Positions 49,924 through 59,107 are shown, counted from the first letter of the stretch. The stretch is 64,000 nt of DNA from an uncultured Gammaproteobacteria bacterium (GCA_964535655.1 CAZHTP010000002.1:154054-218053); one strand, 5' to 3'. Numbers and translations are program-made. Notes: generated from the sequence alone by a model not told the origin.

Positions 49924-51337
49924 TATCGACTCTATTATCAACGCAAGGCGCGGGGCAATAATTGCTGCTGCGGGGTGTGGAAAAACGCAAGCAATAGTAA
50001 AAGCTGTCTCAAAATCACCAGGGCTCCAATTGATCTTAACTCATACTCATGCCGGCGTTGATTCTTTGGTTGCAAGATTCAAACGCTTGGGTGTTAGTAC
50101 AAAAAAGTATCATGTCGAGACCATTGCCAGCTTTGCCATGCGATATACAGAAGCATATCCTGTTTTAAGTGGTTTGATCGAACATTCTTCCGAGAACGAT
50201 ATCTGGGCTGATCGATATGAATCGATGTTCCAATTGTTAAGCTATTCTGTAATTCATAAGATAATCAAAGAGACTTATTCTGGTATGTACGTGGATGAAT
50301 ACCAAGATTGTAGTTTAAAGCAGCACCTGATTTGCACTAAATTAGCGGATCTTATCCCATGTAGGGTTTTTGGCGACCCGTTGCAAAGTATCTTTACATT
50401 TGGAGGACAGCAAGTGGTAAGTTGGGATGAGCATGTATTCCCTAGTTTTGAGCGTCTTCCCGAGCTAAATATTCCATGGAGATGGTATAAATCAAACAAG
50501 ACGCTTGATAGGGAGTTAGGTGATTGGTTACAAACATGTAGGAAACTCTTAATAAGTGGATCACCAATAGATTTAAGAGATGCTCCGAAAGATGCAGTTA
50601 GCTGGGTTGAGCCTGACTCAGATGGATTCCGTACAATCCACAATCATTGCTACCGACTTTTAAAAGCATCTGGCTCTGTTATGGTAATAATGGATCAAGC
50701 TAACCAGTGTCACAGTTTGGCTCGTAACTTGGGAGGTGCGTATCAATCAATGGAAGAGATGGATTCAAAAGATCTACGTTATTTCGCTGCTCAGCTTATG
50801 AGTGCGAGTAGAGTGATGAGAGTGATTGCTATTCTTGAGTTCGCAAAAAGATGTATGACAGAATCGACCGCCATTACAGAGATACAGAAGGCATTTGAGC
50901 TTCAACGACTAGAAAAAATAAAAAGTAAATACCCTCAGTTAATATTTATTTTAGAATCGGCTACGAACAATGACACCTTACGAGACTTAGAAATATCACT
51001 GGACGCGATACAGACGTATTTAAAAGGAAAAATATTTCGTAGGGAACTATGGAGCGAGATGAAGAGAGCTTTGATTTATTCAGCTCAGAATAATGTATCT
51101 TTAATCGATAGCGTTCAAACTGTACGCAATAGAACAAGGATAACAGGAAGATACATCAACCCTAAAATGATTTCACGAACTCTTTTGGTAAAGGGATTGG
51201 AGTTTGATCACGTCCTAATATCTAGTGCAGACAAAATGACTAAAGAAAATCTGTATGTTGCCCTTACTAGACCAACAAGTACGCTAACTATCCTAACCAG
51301 ATCACCTATTCTTCAAGGTATTGATATCAAAACATAA
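49913..51337 (+). CDS. gajB: UvrD-like helicase, Gabija GajB-like
   Basis: Walker A IIAAAGCGKTQAI, C-terminal LYVALTRPTS (UvrD_C). 11-nt overlap with gajA. Confidence 0.65.
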   Translation: MDYDIDSIINARRGAIIAAAGCGKTQAIVKAVSKSPGLQLILTHTHAGVDSLVARFKRLGVSTKKYHVETIASFAMRYTEAYPVLSGLIEHSSENDIWADRYESMFQLLSYSVIHKIIKETYSGMYVDEYQDCSLKQHLICTKLADLIPCRVFGDPLQSIFTFGGQQVVSWDEHVFPSFERLPELNIPWRWYKSNKTLDRELGDWLQTCRKLLISGSPIDLRDAPKDAVSWVEPDSDGFRTIHNHCYRLLKASGSVMVIMDQANQCHSLARNLGGAYQSMEEMDSKDLRYFAAQLMSASRVMRVIAILEFAKRCMTESTAITEIQKAFELQRLEKIKSKYPQLIFILESATNNDTLRDLEISLDAIQTYLKGKIFRRELWSEMKRALIYSAQNNVSLIDSVQTVRNRTRITGRYINPKMISRTLLVKGLEFDHVLISSADKMTKENLYVALTRPTSTLTILTRSPILQGIDIKT

Positions 51338-51425
51338 ATAAGCATGTCCTTTTTCAAAAACGGGTCAAGGCCAATGACTTAATATATAAAACACACCCAC
51401 CGACATGCAAAAGAGGTAACGTAAA

Positions 51426-53048
51426 TTAACAAGTCATACCCCCGGCAAAAGTACTGTTACCACTTTGAAAAGTCAGTAGTGGTAAAACAATCGATTGTTC
51501 ATCACCTGCTAGATACTCATCAACAGGAATAACTTGGCCATCCTCCCACACTTCACCTTTCAGATATATACCAAAGTTATCTTTGAGAAATGCTCTGTAG
51601 GCTCGTGTAGCTGTGTGTACTTCATCTTTTGGAATGGAAAGTAGGAATCCATCATGGCAATCGCAGACTACTGGGAAGGTGACTTTTTCCTTTATCAGTG
51701 AGGTAATAATCCACTGTTCAAGTGATTGCATCTGCCATGCGGCATACATAGCTTGTGGGTTCTTTGCGTTGAACTTTTCATACAACTCAGAATAAATATC
51801 TCCACGGAAACCTCGTTTGTATTGCTCCTCCATCTGAAAACTAAGTCCGAGCAGATTCTTCTCTCCCACATGATTGATGATTGTCTCAGGTTTATGAATC
51901 TGTTGCCACTCTTTTCGCTTGGGGTAGAGGTCTTCTAAAAAGCAGATAAGTTTTTCGAGGTGATCTTTGGTGAACAACGCATCGCCCATATTATCAGCAA
52001 CCGTGGCGACAATCCCTTGCTTGTTACACATAAATAGCATGGCATACACGGCTTTTTTTAAATGAGCTTTGGAAACATTAATACCACTCTCTTGCATAGT
52101 TTTCCAGATACTTTTACCTTGTTCAAGAATGTTTGTGAGTTTCGTGTCAGCTGCGTTTGCATTAAGTGCCTTTGCTCCAAGCATCAATTGGCATGACTCT
52201 AGATCAAAATCAATCAATACATCAGTAGGATTGAGTGGTTTGAGGATCATTCGACGTACCTCTTTGGGAATAGCTTGTAAGCCGCCAACAGTATGCCGTC
52301 TACCAGACATCTGCAAGTGAATTGCATCGTGGTGTTGCGGAGTATCTACTAAAGCAACTGTCGAGAGTCCAAATCTAATACTATCTAACCGTTCCAGTTT
52401 GTACGTCCCTTTTTCATCCATGATTAAACTTCGCGCGTCATAGATAGCGTTAACTTTTTCTACATCTATCAAAAATGTACTTTGTTTTAGCTTCTCAAAG
52501 GTTGCTTGCAGATTTGGGTGCATCCGCTTCATATTCTTACTGTTCCAACCTTCACCCAACGTGGTCCGTTTGGCAGGCTTATCACAAAAGAACCGAGGCA
52601 ACACTTTGCCATACTGTACTTCTGTCATTAAAGCGAGCTCCAGACGCTCTAGGAAGTGTTTAGTTAATCGTAGTGATCGGGCTTTTGTTTCATCTCCAAC
52701 GCACACATACTTTAAACTGTGCGAAGCTATCACCCCATGATGTATCAACGGCATCTGGTACGCTTTTTTTAATAGACTCATCAGGCGAGTGCCACGATGA
52801 AAATACTGTTCTGGCTCTTCTCCAGTAAAACGAGAGTAGAGATACGAACAACTGGTGTAGATATACCGCAACTTACGCTTAACCTTACACTCTTGCTCGT
52901 AGGCAATGGCAGTATAGGCAATCTCAAACGGGTCTGGTTTTCGATGGAGGGTTTGGGATAATAATCTGGTGATCACATCACCGTTTACAGTAGAGAGATA
53001 TTTTTCAGAAACATACTCTCTGGCACGTACAACAAGGGTTTCACCCAT
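51426..53048 (-). CDS. Stand-alone family-A DNA polymerase (palm/fingers only, no exonuclease domains)
   Basis: SGRRHTVGGLQAIPKEVRRMI (TGRLSS..PNLQNIP...RR motif), DVLIDFDLESCQLML (motif A, DYSQIELR-like), KKAVYAMLF (O-helix K..Y..F) and VVCDCHDGFLLSIP (motif C, VHDE-like). 540 aa. Confidence 0.65.
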   Translation of the reverse strand: MGETLVVRAREYVSEKYLSTVNGDVITRLLSQTLHRKPDPFEIAYTAIAYEQECKVKRKLRYIYTSCSYLYSRFTGEEPEQYFHRGTRLMSLLKKAYQMPLIHHGVIASHSLKYVCVGDETKARSLRLTKHFLERLELALMTEVQYGKVLPRFFCDKPAKRTTLGEGWNSKNMKRMHPNLQATFEKLKQSTFLIDVEKVNAIYDARSLIMDEKGTYKLERLDSIRFGLSTVALVDTPQHHDAIHLQMSGRRHTVGGLQAIPKEVRRMILKPLNPTDVLIDFDLESCQLMLGAKALNANAADTKLTNILEQGKSIWKTMQESGINVSKAHLKKAVYAMLFMCNKQGIVATVADNMGDALFTKDHLEKLICFLEDLYPKRKEWQQIHKPETIINHVGEKNLLGLSFQMEEQYKRGFRGDIYSELYEKFNAKNPQAMYAAWQMQSLEQWIITSLIKEKVTFPVVCDCHDGFLLSIPKDEVHTATRAYRAFLKDNFGIYLKGEVWEDGQVIPVDEYLAGDEQSIVLPLLTFQSGNSTFAGGMTC

Positions 53049-53481
53049 AACAACGTGTTATGGCTATTGGATAGCCCCCTTGATTCTCTCCATCATTCCA
53101 ACACTACACAACGGTTCCTTTCATCACATCACAAACAGTAATACCATCATCTAACAGTATCCTGTAGGATATGTCAAAAATACTCGTAAGACTTTGACAA
53201 TACACCTAGACTGCATTACACTGAGCTAGTTCCACACATCACAACACAAGGAGACTCCACACAATGGGGTCTTTTTTGTAACTACAAAACAACCCATAGT
53301 GCGGAGTTTGTGCGTATGCATTTAGCCCACACTTACGGCATTATCGTAGAGCACTGTTAGAATAAAGAACGGTAGGGTGTTGCTGTGGTGTTTTGTTGGG
53401 GTTGTTTCTGTTGTTGTGTTTGAGGGTGTGTTTGTTATATCAAAGTGGTTTTTTAGTTGTGGTGACAAACGTTTGTTGTAG

Positions 53482-53550
53482 TTTCGGCTTCATTTTGCCT
53501 CATCAGTACGAGAGTTAACTCGTAAACTACACAAGAGAAAACAAAAGGAC
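53482..53550. repeat. About 70-nt intergenic repeat, copy 1, containing hairpin TACGAG-agttaa-CTCGTA
   Basis: About 75% identical to copy 2 at 54697..54770. Confidence 0.55.
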
Positions 53551-53640
53551 TACTTTAACAACATTATTAAAAACAATAACGGTAAACCGCTAAGTTTCTT
53601 CTAAAGTAACTCCAGTAATGTTTTACAAGTCTACTTTCTA

Positions 53641-53682
53641 GGTAGAGCGTCAGATGTACGCTACAGAGCTTACGCTCTACCA
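53641..53682. repeat. Perfect 10-bp inverted repeat GGTAGAGCGT / ACGCTCTACC with a 22-nt loop, at the boundary of the high-GC block
   Basis: Read directly from the sequence. Confidence 0.6.
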
Positions 53683-53695
53683 TAGAAAATGTTGT

Positions 53696-54010
53696 TTAGA
53701 TTCGGCTGATTCGCTGAACTATGTAGCGAACGACCATCGTTACGCCCGCGAAGTAGATAATCCACCCGAGTGTTATCCCTATCTGGAAAATGTCTTTGTT
53801 GGGGTTGTTGACCAGATAAGGCCGAGCGAGCAGGAGCAGTCCCATAGGCAGCAGCATTATAGCTGTGATATAGCCTAGGAACAGCAGTAGATATCTCCAC
53901 GATCGTTTAACCATGACTGATCTCCACTGAATGGTGAGTGCAACTTGCACGTGCTTGCTGCACTCACCATGCCGTTGTTCGTCTATTCGTACTTGCCGCT
54001 GTTGGTCCAC
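53696..54010 (-). CDS. Small membrane protein (hypothetical, high GC)
   Basis: 104 aa with 2 TM helices. Confidence 0.35.
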   Translation of the reverse strand: MDQQRQVRIDEQRHGECSKHVQVALTIQWRSVMVKRSWRYLLLFLGYITAIMLLPMGLLLLARPYLVNNPNKDIFQIGITLGWIIYFAGVTMVVRYIVQRISRI

Positions 54011-54483
54011 GCCTTCCGGCCGGCGATGTCGTTGGCGGGCTTACCGAACCTTCTTTCGATAGGCGTCATCAGCTTCTCGATTGGTCCGATGGTGCCCCTT
54101 AGGCCGTACTGCTGATAGATCTCTAGCAGATCGGTCTGCGTGTCCACAACCTCGTCGCCAATCTCGGCGTGGTTGGCGGGTGTTCCGGCCAGCGTCCACT
54201 CTTTGCTCTCGGCATTGATCGTTATGTTGATCCTCATGCCTTGCGAACGGACGTAGACGGTGCGGTTGACGTTCTCTGTTGGGGTAAATGGCTTCGCTTC
54301 CTGTCGCTTCAGCACGATAGCTGTGATTAAGTTGACGAGGAGGATAAACTCCCACAAAATCAACCCAACCGACACGCCAGTGATGAAAGCGAGCAGGATG
54401 TGCTCACCTTGTACTAGTGTCCAGAGCAAGCTCAGAACACCAGCACCTACCGCAACGAGAATGCTCGTGCGTGGCTTCATCAT
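53983..54483 (-). CDS. Membrane-anchored hypothetical protein (high GC)
   Basis: 166 aa with N-terminal 2 TM and a soluble C-terminal domain. Confidence 0.4.
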   Translation of the reverse strand: MMKPRTSILVAVGAGVLSLLWTLVQGEHILLAFITGVSVGLILWEFILLVNLITAIVLKRQEAKPFTPTENVNRTVYVRSQGMRINITINAESKEWTLAGTPANHAEIGDEVVDTQTDLLEIYQQYGLRGTIGPIEKLMTPIERRFGKPANDIAGRKAWTNSGKYE

Positions 54484-54696
54484 GCGAACTTCTCCTATAC
54501 TATACGATTAACGCCGGACGGTTTGTGCGATATAAACTCCTTTCACTAGCTGACTGCCAAGAAAAAGAGCTAATAAATAACTCACTTTCTTAGCAGCCAA
54601 ACTAATGAAATAGACTTGTCTTTTGTTTCTCTTGTTAAAGTGCAAACATTCAAACAATAAATTCCCCACTAAAGAGGTTCATTATTTGGATGTTAG

Positions 54697-54770
54697 TTTT
54701 CGCCTTCATTTCGGCTCATCAGGTAGCGAGTCGTTTACGCTACAAACTACAAACAAGAGACAGAGGTAAA
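54697..54770. repeat. About 70-nt intergenic repeat, copy 2, containing hairpin GTAGCG-agtcgttta-CGCTAC
   Basis: The stem differs from copy 1 on both strands, which is compensatory. Confidence 0.55.
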
Positions 54771-54883
54771 GAGACGATTCGGGAACAACAAAAACAAGAT
54801 AACACCGCAAGCGGCATCACTCATTAAGGCTGCGACCTTGTCGTTTTTTCTCTCTACTTCTATCTCATGTTTGTAGTCCAAAT

Positions 54884-55219
54884 CTACTTGCGGCGGCGAA
54901 TGATGTCGACGGTGACAACGATTGCCATTACGATCACGAACACGATCAACAGCGAGATGCTGTTGACAGCGTTCACGACCAAGTGGTCGTTGGTGATCGG
55001 ATCGGGCATTGTCTTCATGCCGAAAAACACGAGCCAGTACAGCATGATCAGGACGGGCAGCGTCATGATGAACGTCACAGTGCGGGTGATGAGTAGGCCG
55101 AGTGTCGTCGATTCAGGCAAGTTGGTTGTCAGGAGATCACTCGAGTTGCTGATAGCATTGGCGATCAAGATGATGAAAGCGGTGATGGCCAGAGCGATAA
55201 GGATCGTGCGGGGTTTCAT
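54884..55219 (-). CDS. Small 3-TM membrane protein (holin-like topology, high GC)
   Basis: 111 aa with a basic C-terminus RRRK. Confidence 0.4.
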   Translation of the reverse strand: MKPRTILIALAITAFIILIANAISNSSDLLTTNLPESTTLGLLITRTVTFIMTLPVLIMLYWLVFFGMKTMPDPITNDHLVVNAVNSISLLIVFVIVMAIVVTVDIIRRRK

Positions 55220-55228
55220 TGCTTTCTC

Positions 55229-55564
55229 CTACTTGTTGTAGTTGTTGTTGACGTTCCGATTGAACACATTCCGCGATGAGAAGAACCACTTGATGAAGGC
55301 GATGAAGCCTAGGCCGACGTAGAAATCGTTGAACGGCAAGTTAACACCGGCTTCACTGGCAGCGGACTTCACAAAACCACCTATCAGCTTGATGGCGTAG
55401 AAAATGGCGACGAGAGTCTCGTGCCGATTGTTCCACACCCAAGCTAGAGAAATGAACGCAATATAGCCAGTCATGGCGATTGCGATCAGTCCAGCAATGA
55501 GCTGCTCGGGAGTGATGCCGAAGTTCCGACGAAGCCAGAAAGCGAAGTCATTCCAGTACCGCAT
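55229..55564 (-). CDS. Small membrane protein (hypothetical, high GC)
   Basis: 111 aa with 2-3 TM. Confidence 0.4.
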   Translation of the reverse strand: MRYWNDFAFWLRRNFGITPEQLIAGLIAIAMTGYIAFISLAWVWNNRHETLVAIFYAIKLIGGFVKSAASEAGVNLPFNDFYVGLGFIAFIKWFFSSRNVFNRNVNNNYNK

Positions 55565-55948
55565 GACGTTTCTCCTTGTGCATTGAGCACGACATCAGCC
55601 AGATGGCCGACGGCTTCCTTCATGGAGAGCTTCCTACTTACTTACTAAAAAATAAGCAGAAAGCTCTCTACAAAAGAGCGGAGAAATATGAGATAGTTGA
55701 GGTAGAGAAATATTCTACAGAGTTTAAGCTGTAAAACCTTTTGTTCGTCCTTTTGAGGGACTATCTGTCTCTTGTTAAGGTACTAAGCTCATTTTAAGAG
55801 CTTACGCTCAACAGAGACAGTTACGCTCGAAATTGAGCCTAGTGACTCTATGAGCGAATATTACTATAGCACATCTTTAGTAAAAATACTATAGGCTGTA
55901 TATATTGAATATGATAATTACTCAATATATGTTTATGGACTTGTGGTA

Positions 55949-56578
55949 CTATTGTGACTTCTGAGCTTCTAAACACTGGTTCTGTTCGGCACTCATATTG
56001 CTAGTGCAATTGTTCATACAAACTGAATCTCCACTGCATCCCTTATCACATTCTTGAGCTTTTCGATAGGCATTGTTCAAACAAATATCAGTGATAAGTT
56101 TCTTTGCTTGAGCGGTATCTTCTTGCAGTTTTTGTTGTTCACTGGCTTGTTTTTCCCTAGAAACTTGCTGGTCTTTTACTATAGAACGTTGATCCATGAC
56201 ACACTGTGCCTGAGAAGTATAGAACACCCACTGATTACCTATCTGGCAACAACCGCTTGTTTCGCAAACGCTTCGTCGAATCATCTTCGTTCCACCTCCA
56301 CACTCAGAACCTACTTCACAAGAGATAATAGGATCATCAGACACATTTGATTCCTTTTGAGTGCTTGTTGTCTGCTGTTGTTTGAAAGTTGGTGTTTGTG
56401 TGGAGAGTGGTTGAGGCGTTGCAATAATCGATTGTTGTATTGGTAATGGCGTTGGAAAGTGTATTGCAATGATCACATCCTTTACTAATATAGTGAGCAT
56501 GATGAGCCCAGTACATCCAATCAAGACGATAGGCCAAAAGATACGATCAACTACTGATGTTCGTTTTTTCTCACTCAT
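55949..56578 (-). CDS. Membrane-anchored Cys-rich extracytoplasmic protein
   Basis: N-terminal TM, a P/Q/T-rich linker and about 14 Cys in the C-terminal half. Confidence 0.45.
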   Translation of the reverse strand: MSEKKRTSVVDRIFWPIVLIGCTGLIMLTILVKDVIIAIHFPTPLPIQQSIIATPQPLSTQTPTFKQQQTTSTQKESNVSDDPIISCEVGSECGGGTKMIRRSVCETSGCCQIGNQWVFYTSQAQCVMDQRSIVKDQQVSREKQASEQQKLQEDTAQAKKLITDICLNNAYRKAQECDKGCSGDSVCMNNCTSNMSAEQNQCLEAQKSQ

Positions 56579-56790
56579 AAACCTTTACGAAGCTTTGCTA
56601 CGATCCATGCAACACAAAAGAAAATCGCCGTGATTCCAGCCCAACTTACAAGATCTTTCATTTCCTTGTTACCGCTTGCATACAGCATTGAAATCACTCC
56701 AGTAACCACAATAGAAGTAAATACTGGTACGGGATCTTCTTTCTTATATTTATCTGGATACATCTCTGCTAAGTCATTTTGAGAAAACAC
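56575..56790 (-). CDS. Small membrane protein
   Basis: 71 aa, 2 TM. 4-nt overlap with the downstream gene. Confidence 0.4.
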   Translation of the reverse strand: MFSQNDLAEMYPDKYKKEDPVPVFTSIVVTGVISMLYASGNKEMKDLVSWAGITAIFFCVAWIVAKLRKGL

Positions 56791-56865
56791 AAAGCTCCTC
56801 CTTTGTTGCTCAAATGATAACCCACACTAAGAGAAAGAAACAATAGCCTTTTTTAACTCATTTTG

Positions 56866-56887
56866 CTAAGTGGTACTAAGTGGTTTA
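56866..56887. promoter_or_regulatory. Tandem direct repeat (actaagtggt x2) in the divergent promoter region, a putative XRE operator
   Basis: ctaagtggtactaagtggt lies between divergent genes. Confidence 0.35.
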
Positions 56888-56915
56888 GAGTGCGTTTACT
56901 TTTGATAATCAAGAC

Positions 56916-57131
56916 ATGAGAAAGAATGCACGTCTTCCTAAGCAGTTGGGTAAGCGCATACAAAAGATTCGTAAGGAAGCTGGTCTAACACAAGAACAAC
57001 TGGCCGAAAAAGTAAATATCTCGCGCGCGTACATAGGATATATCGAACAAGGTCGTAACGAAGCATCACTCACAGTTTTAGAAAAGATTGCCAAGCAACT
57101 CCATATATCTCTATCAGAATTGTTTGATTAA
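56916..57131 (+). CDS. XRE-family HTH transcriptional regulator
   Basis: LTQEQLAEKVNISRAYIGYIEQGRNEASL. Confidence 0.75.
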   Translation: MRKNARLPKQLGKRIQKIRKEAGLTQEQLAEKVNISRAYIGYIEQGRNEASLTVLEKIAKQLHISLSELFD

Positions 57132-57301
57132 CTTGTTACATTTCATACTGCAGTTGTAACAAATTTTTCCTATTGTAATAACATATTCGATGTTGTATAT
57201 TATCCAGTGGATAATGCAACGTAAAACAAGTTGCAAGACTCCTGGAGGGGATAGATGTTATCGGAAACAACCCACATTATATTTGATGTGGAGTTTTTAC
57301 C

Positions 57302-57487
57302 GTGTCTATCTCAGTACAGAAAGCAAAAAAGTATCTCTCAAAAAAATTTACGAATGAACAAGTACAAGCAGAAATTAACCTGTTGCAACCACTCGTTCAG
57401 CTATGTGTAACTACTGCCATATATAAAAAGCGTATTTCAAAAAACAAAACCTACGAGTACTATAATAACGATAATGAAACAACCTGA
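57302..57487 (+). CDS. Small hypothetical protein upstream of the recombinase
   Basis: 61-aa ORF overlapping the recombinase start. Confidence 0.25.
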   Translation: MSISVQKAKKYLSKKFTNEQVQAEINLLQPLVQLCVTTAIYKKRISKNKTYEYYNNDNETT

Positions 57488-58994
57488 GAGAAAAAATTGT
57501 GTCATTTATGCGCGTGTATCAACTAAAGTACAAGCTGAAGAAGGATACAGTTTAGATCAGCAAATGAAGGCCTGTGAAGAATACGCACATAAACAAGGTT
57601 GGTCTATCGGCGAAAGGTTTAGAGAAGAGGGCGAGAGTGCAAAGACGGGGAAGAGAACGAAACTAGCATTAGTGCTTGAATACTGTAGACAGAAGACAAA
57701 CAAAGTAGATGTTCTGCTGGTATGGCGCGTAGATCGATTTTTCCGCAATGTCGAAGAGCACTATATCTTCAAAGGAAAACTTAAGCAACTCAAGGTCGTG
57801 CTTAGATCTGTTACCGAACCCATTGATGATTCAATTTACGGTAAGTTTATGGAAGGAATTTTTGCATTGCTCGCTGAACTAGAAAACGGGATGAAGTCAG
57901 AGAGAACTATAGTAAACATGATTGAAAAAGCAAAAAAAGGAGAATGGCCATGGGGTGCCCCGCTTGGATACCTTAAGGGTTTTGTTGTAGATGCGGACAA
58001 AGCTCCACTCATCAAAAAGTTATTTGAAACATACGGCAACTCTAACGGTACATATTTAGTTCGAGATTTGGTACCACTCACAAAGCAATGGGGATTAAAG
58101 TCAAAGAACGGTTTAGATTTAGAACATATGGCAGTTGGACGGATATTGAAGAATCCGCTATACAAAGGATGGCTGTATAAAGAAGAATGGGAAATAGAGT
58201 GTAAGGGAACACACACGCCTCTAGTTGACGAAGCGCTCTTCGCAAAAGTTCAACAGTTGCTGCTTGCGCAAGGGCACAAACTGCAAAAAAAGCCAAAGAA
58301 CGACGAGGTGTACCCTCTGAAATCTTTGCTGAGATGTTGTTTTGAAGGGTGTGGCTCAACAATGAGGTCGCATCCTGCTTATAACAAGATAGGAAAGCTG
58401 TATGACTATTATAGTTGTAAAAAAGGGAAAGTCTCAGAAGGTCATATTAAAGTCAGCACTACCAAAGCTCATCAAGCATTTATTCAGCTTTTAAGCACTA
58501 TTACTTTCCCCGCAGAGAGGTTACAACTTTTTAAAGCCATGGTTGTCATTGAATATAACGAACAGATGAGTAGCGTTAATTCATTAATGGCAAAGCTCGA
58601 CCGTGAACTTGACTCGCTTAGAATAACGAAATCAAACATGATAAGGGAAATGTACTCAAAGCAGGATTCTTCTATTAGCCAGGATGATCTTGAAGGAGAG
58701 CTAAAAAAAATCAAGGACGATATCACAGACAGAGAAGTAGAAAGAGGTGAACTGAAGTATTCAGAACTCGAATTAGATGAAGCGATTGAGGAGTGCGTTG
58801 AGTTTTTCAATAATCCAGCCAAGCTCTGGCAACTGGCACCATACCCACATAAGGTGGCACTGCAATCAATACTTTTCCCTGAAGGGATATACACTGACAA
58901 ACAAGGAAACCTGCGAACACCACGATTTGGCGAAGTTGTAGATGGTATCAAGCAATTTGATGACTGTAAAAAACACGAGGTGCTCCCGTTGTGA
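57474..58994 (+). CDS. Large serine recombinase (integrase)
   Basis: N-terminal resolvase domain VIYARVSTKVQ (catalytic Ser) and RVDRFFRN, a recombinase domain, a Zn-ribbon YYSCKKG and a coiled coil. The last 5 codons lie inside the tRNA-Arg gene. Confidence 0.85.
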   Translation: MKQPERKNCVIYARVSTKVQAEEGYSLDQQMKACEEYAHKQGWSIGERFREEGESAKTGKRTKLALVLEYCRQKTNKVDVLLVWRVDRFFRNVEEHYIFKGKLKQLKVVLRSVTEPIDDSIYGKFMEGIFALLAELENGMKSERTIVNMIEKAKKGEWPWGAPLGYLKGFVVDADKAPLIKKLFETYGNSNGTYLVRDLVPLTKQWGLKSKNGLDLEHMAVGRILKNPLYKGWLYKEEWEIECKGTHTPLVDEALFAKVQQLLLAQGHKLQKKPKNDEVYPLKSLLRCCFEGCGSTMRSHPAYNKIGKLYDYYSCKKGKVSEGHIKVSTTKAHQAFIQLLSTITFPAERLQLFKAMVVIEYNEQMSSVNSLMAKLDRELDSLRITKSNMIREMYSKQDSSISQDDLEGELKKIKDDITDREVERGELKYSELELDEAIEECVEFFNNPAKLWQLAPYPHKVALQSILFPEGIYTDKQGNLRTPRFGEVVDGIKQFDDCKKHEVLPL

Positions 58995-59054
58995 CTCGAA
59001 CACAAGACCTACTCCTTAGAAGGGAGTTGCTCTATCCAGCTGAGCTACGGGAGC
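58981..59054 (-). tRNA. tRNA-Arg (anticodon TCT)
   Basis: Manual fold: acceptor GCTCCCG/CGGGAGC, D-arm GCTC-AGCTGGATA-GAGC, anticodon arm ACTCC-CTTCTAA-GGAGT, T-arm TTGTG-TTCGAGT-CACAA. Confidence 0.85.
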
Positions 59055-59107
59055 ATAAAGCATTTCCCATTATACCAATTTTGTAGTTATCCTGCTACAC
59101 TATCCCT

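Larger units (their letters stand above)
51426..59054. mobile_element. Integrative element inserted at the 3' end of tRNA-Arg(TCT)
   Basis: The serine recombinase gene runs into the tRNA. The element carries an XRE regulator, its own PolA-like polymerase, a compositionally distinct (about 54% GC) block and repeat families. The left boundary is not resolved, so it may start at about 51.34 kb. Confidence 0.5.

Noticed and set aside
53654-53900. Overlapping ORFs 53654..53878 (+) and 53670..53900 (-)
   Set aside because: They overlap each other and the boundary hairpin. The high GC makes spurious open frames likely.
57557-58362. Minus-strand ORFs inside the serine recombinase gene
   Set aside because: Antisense to a strongly supported CDS.
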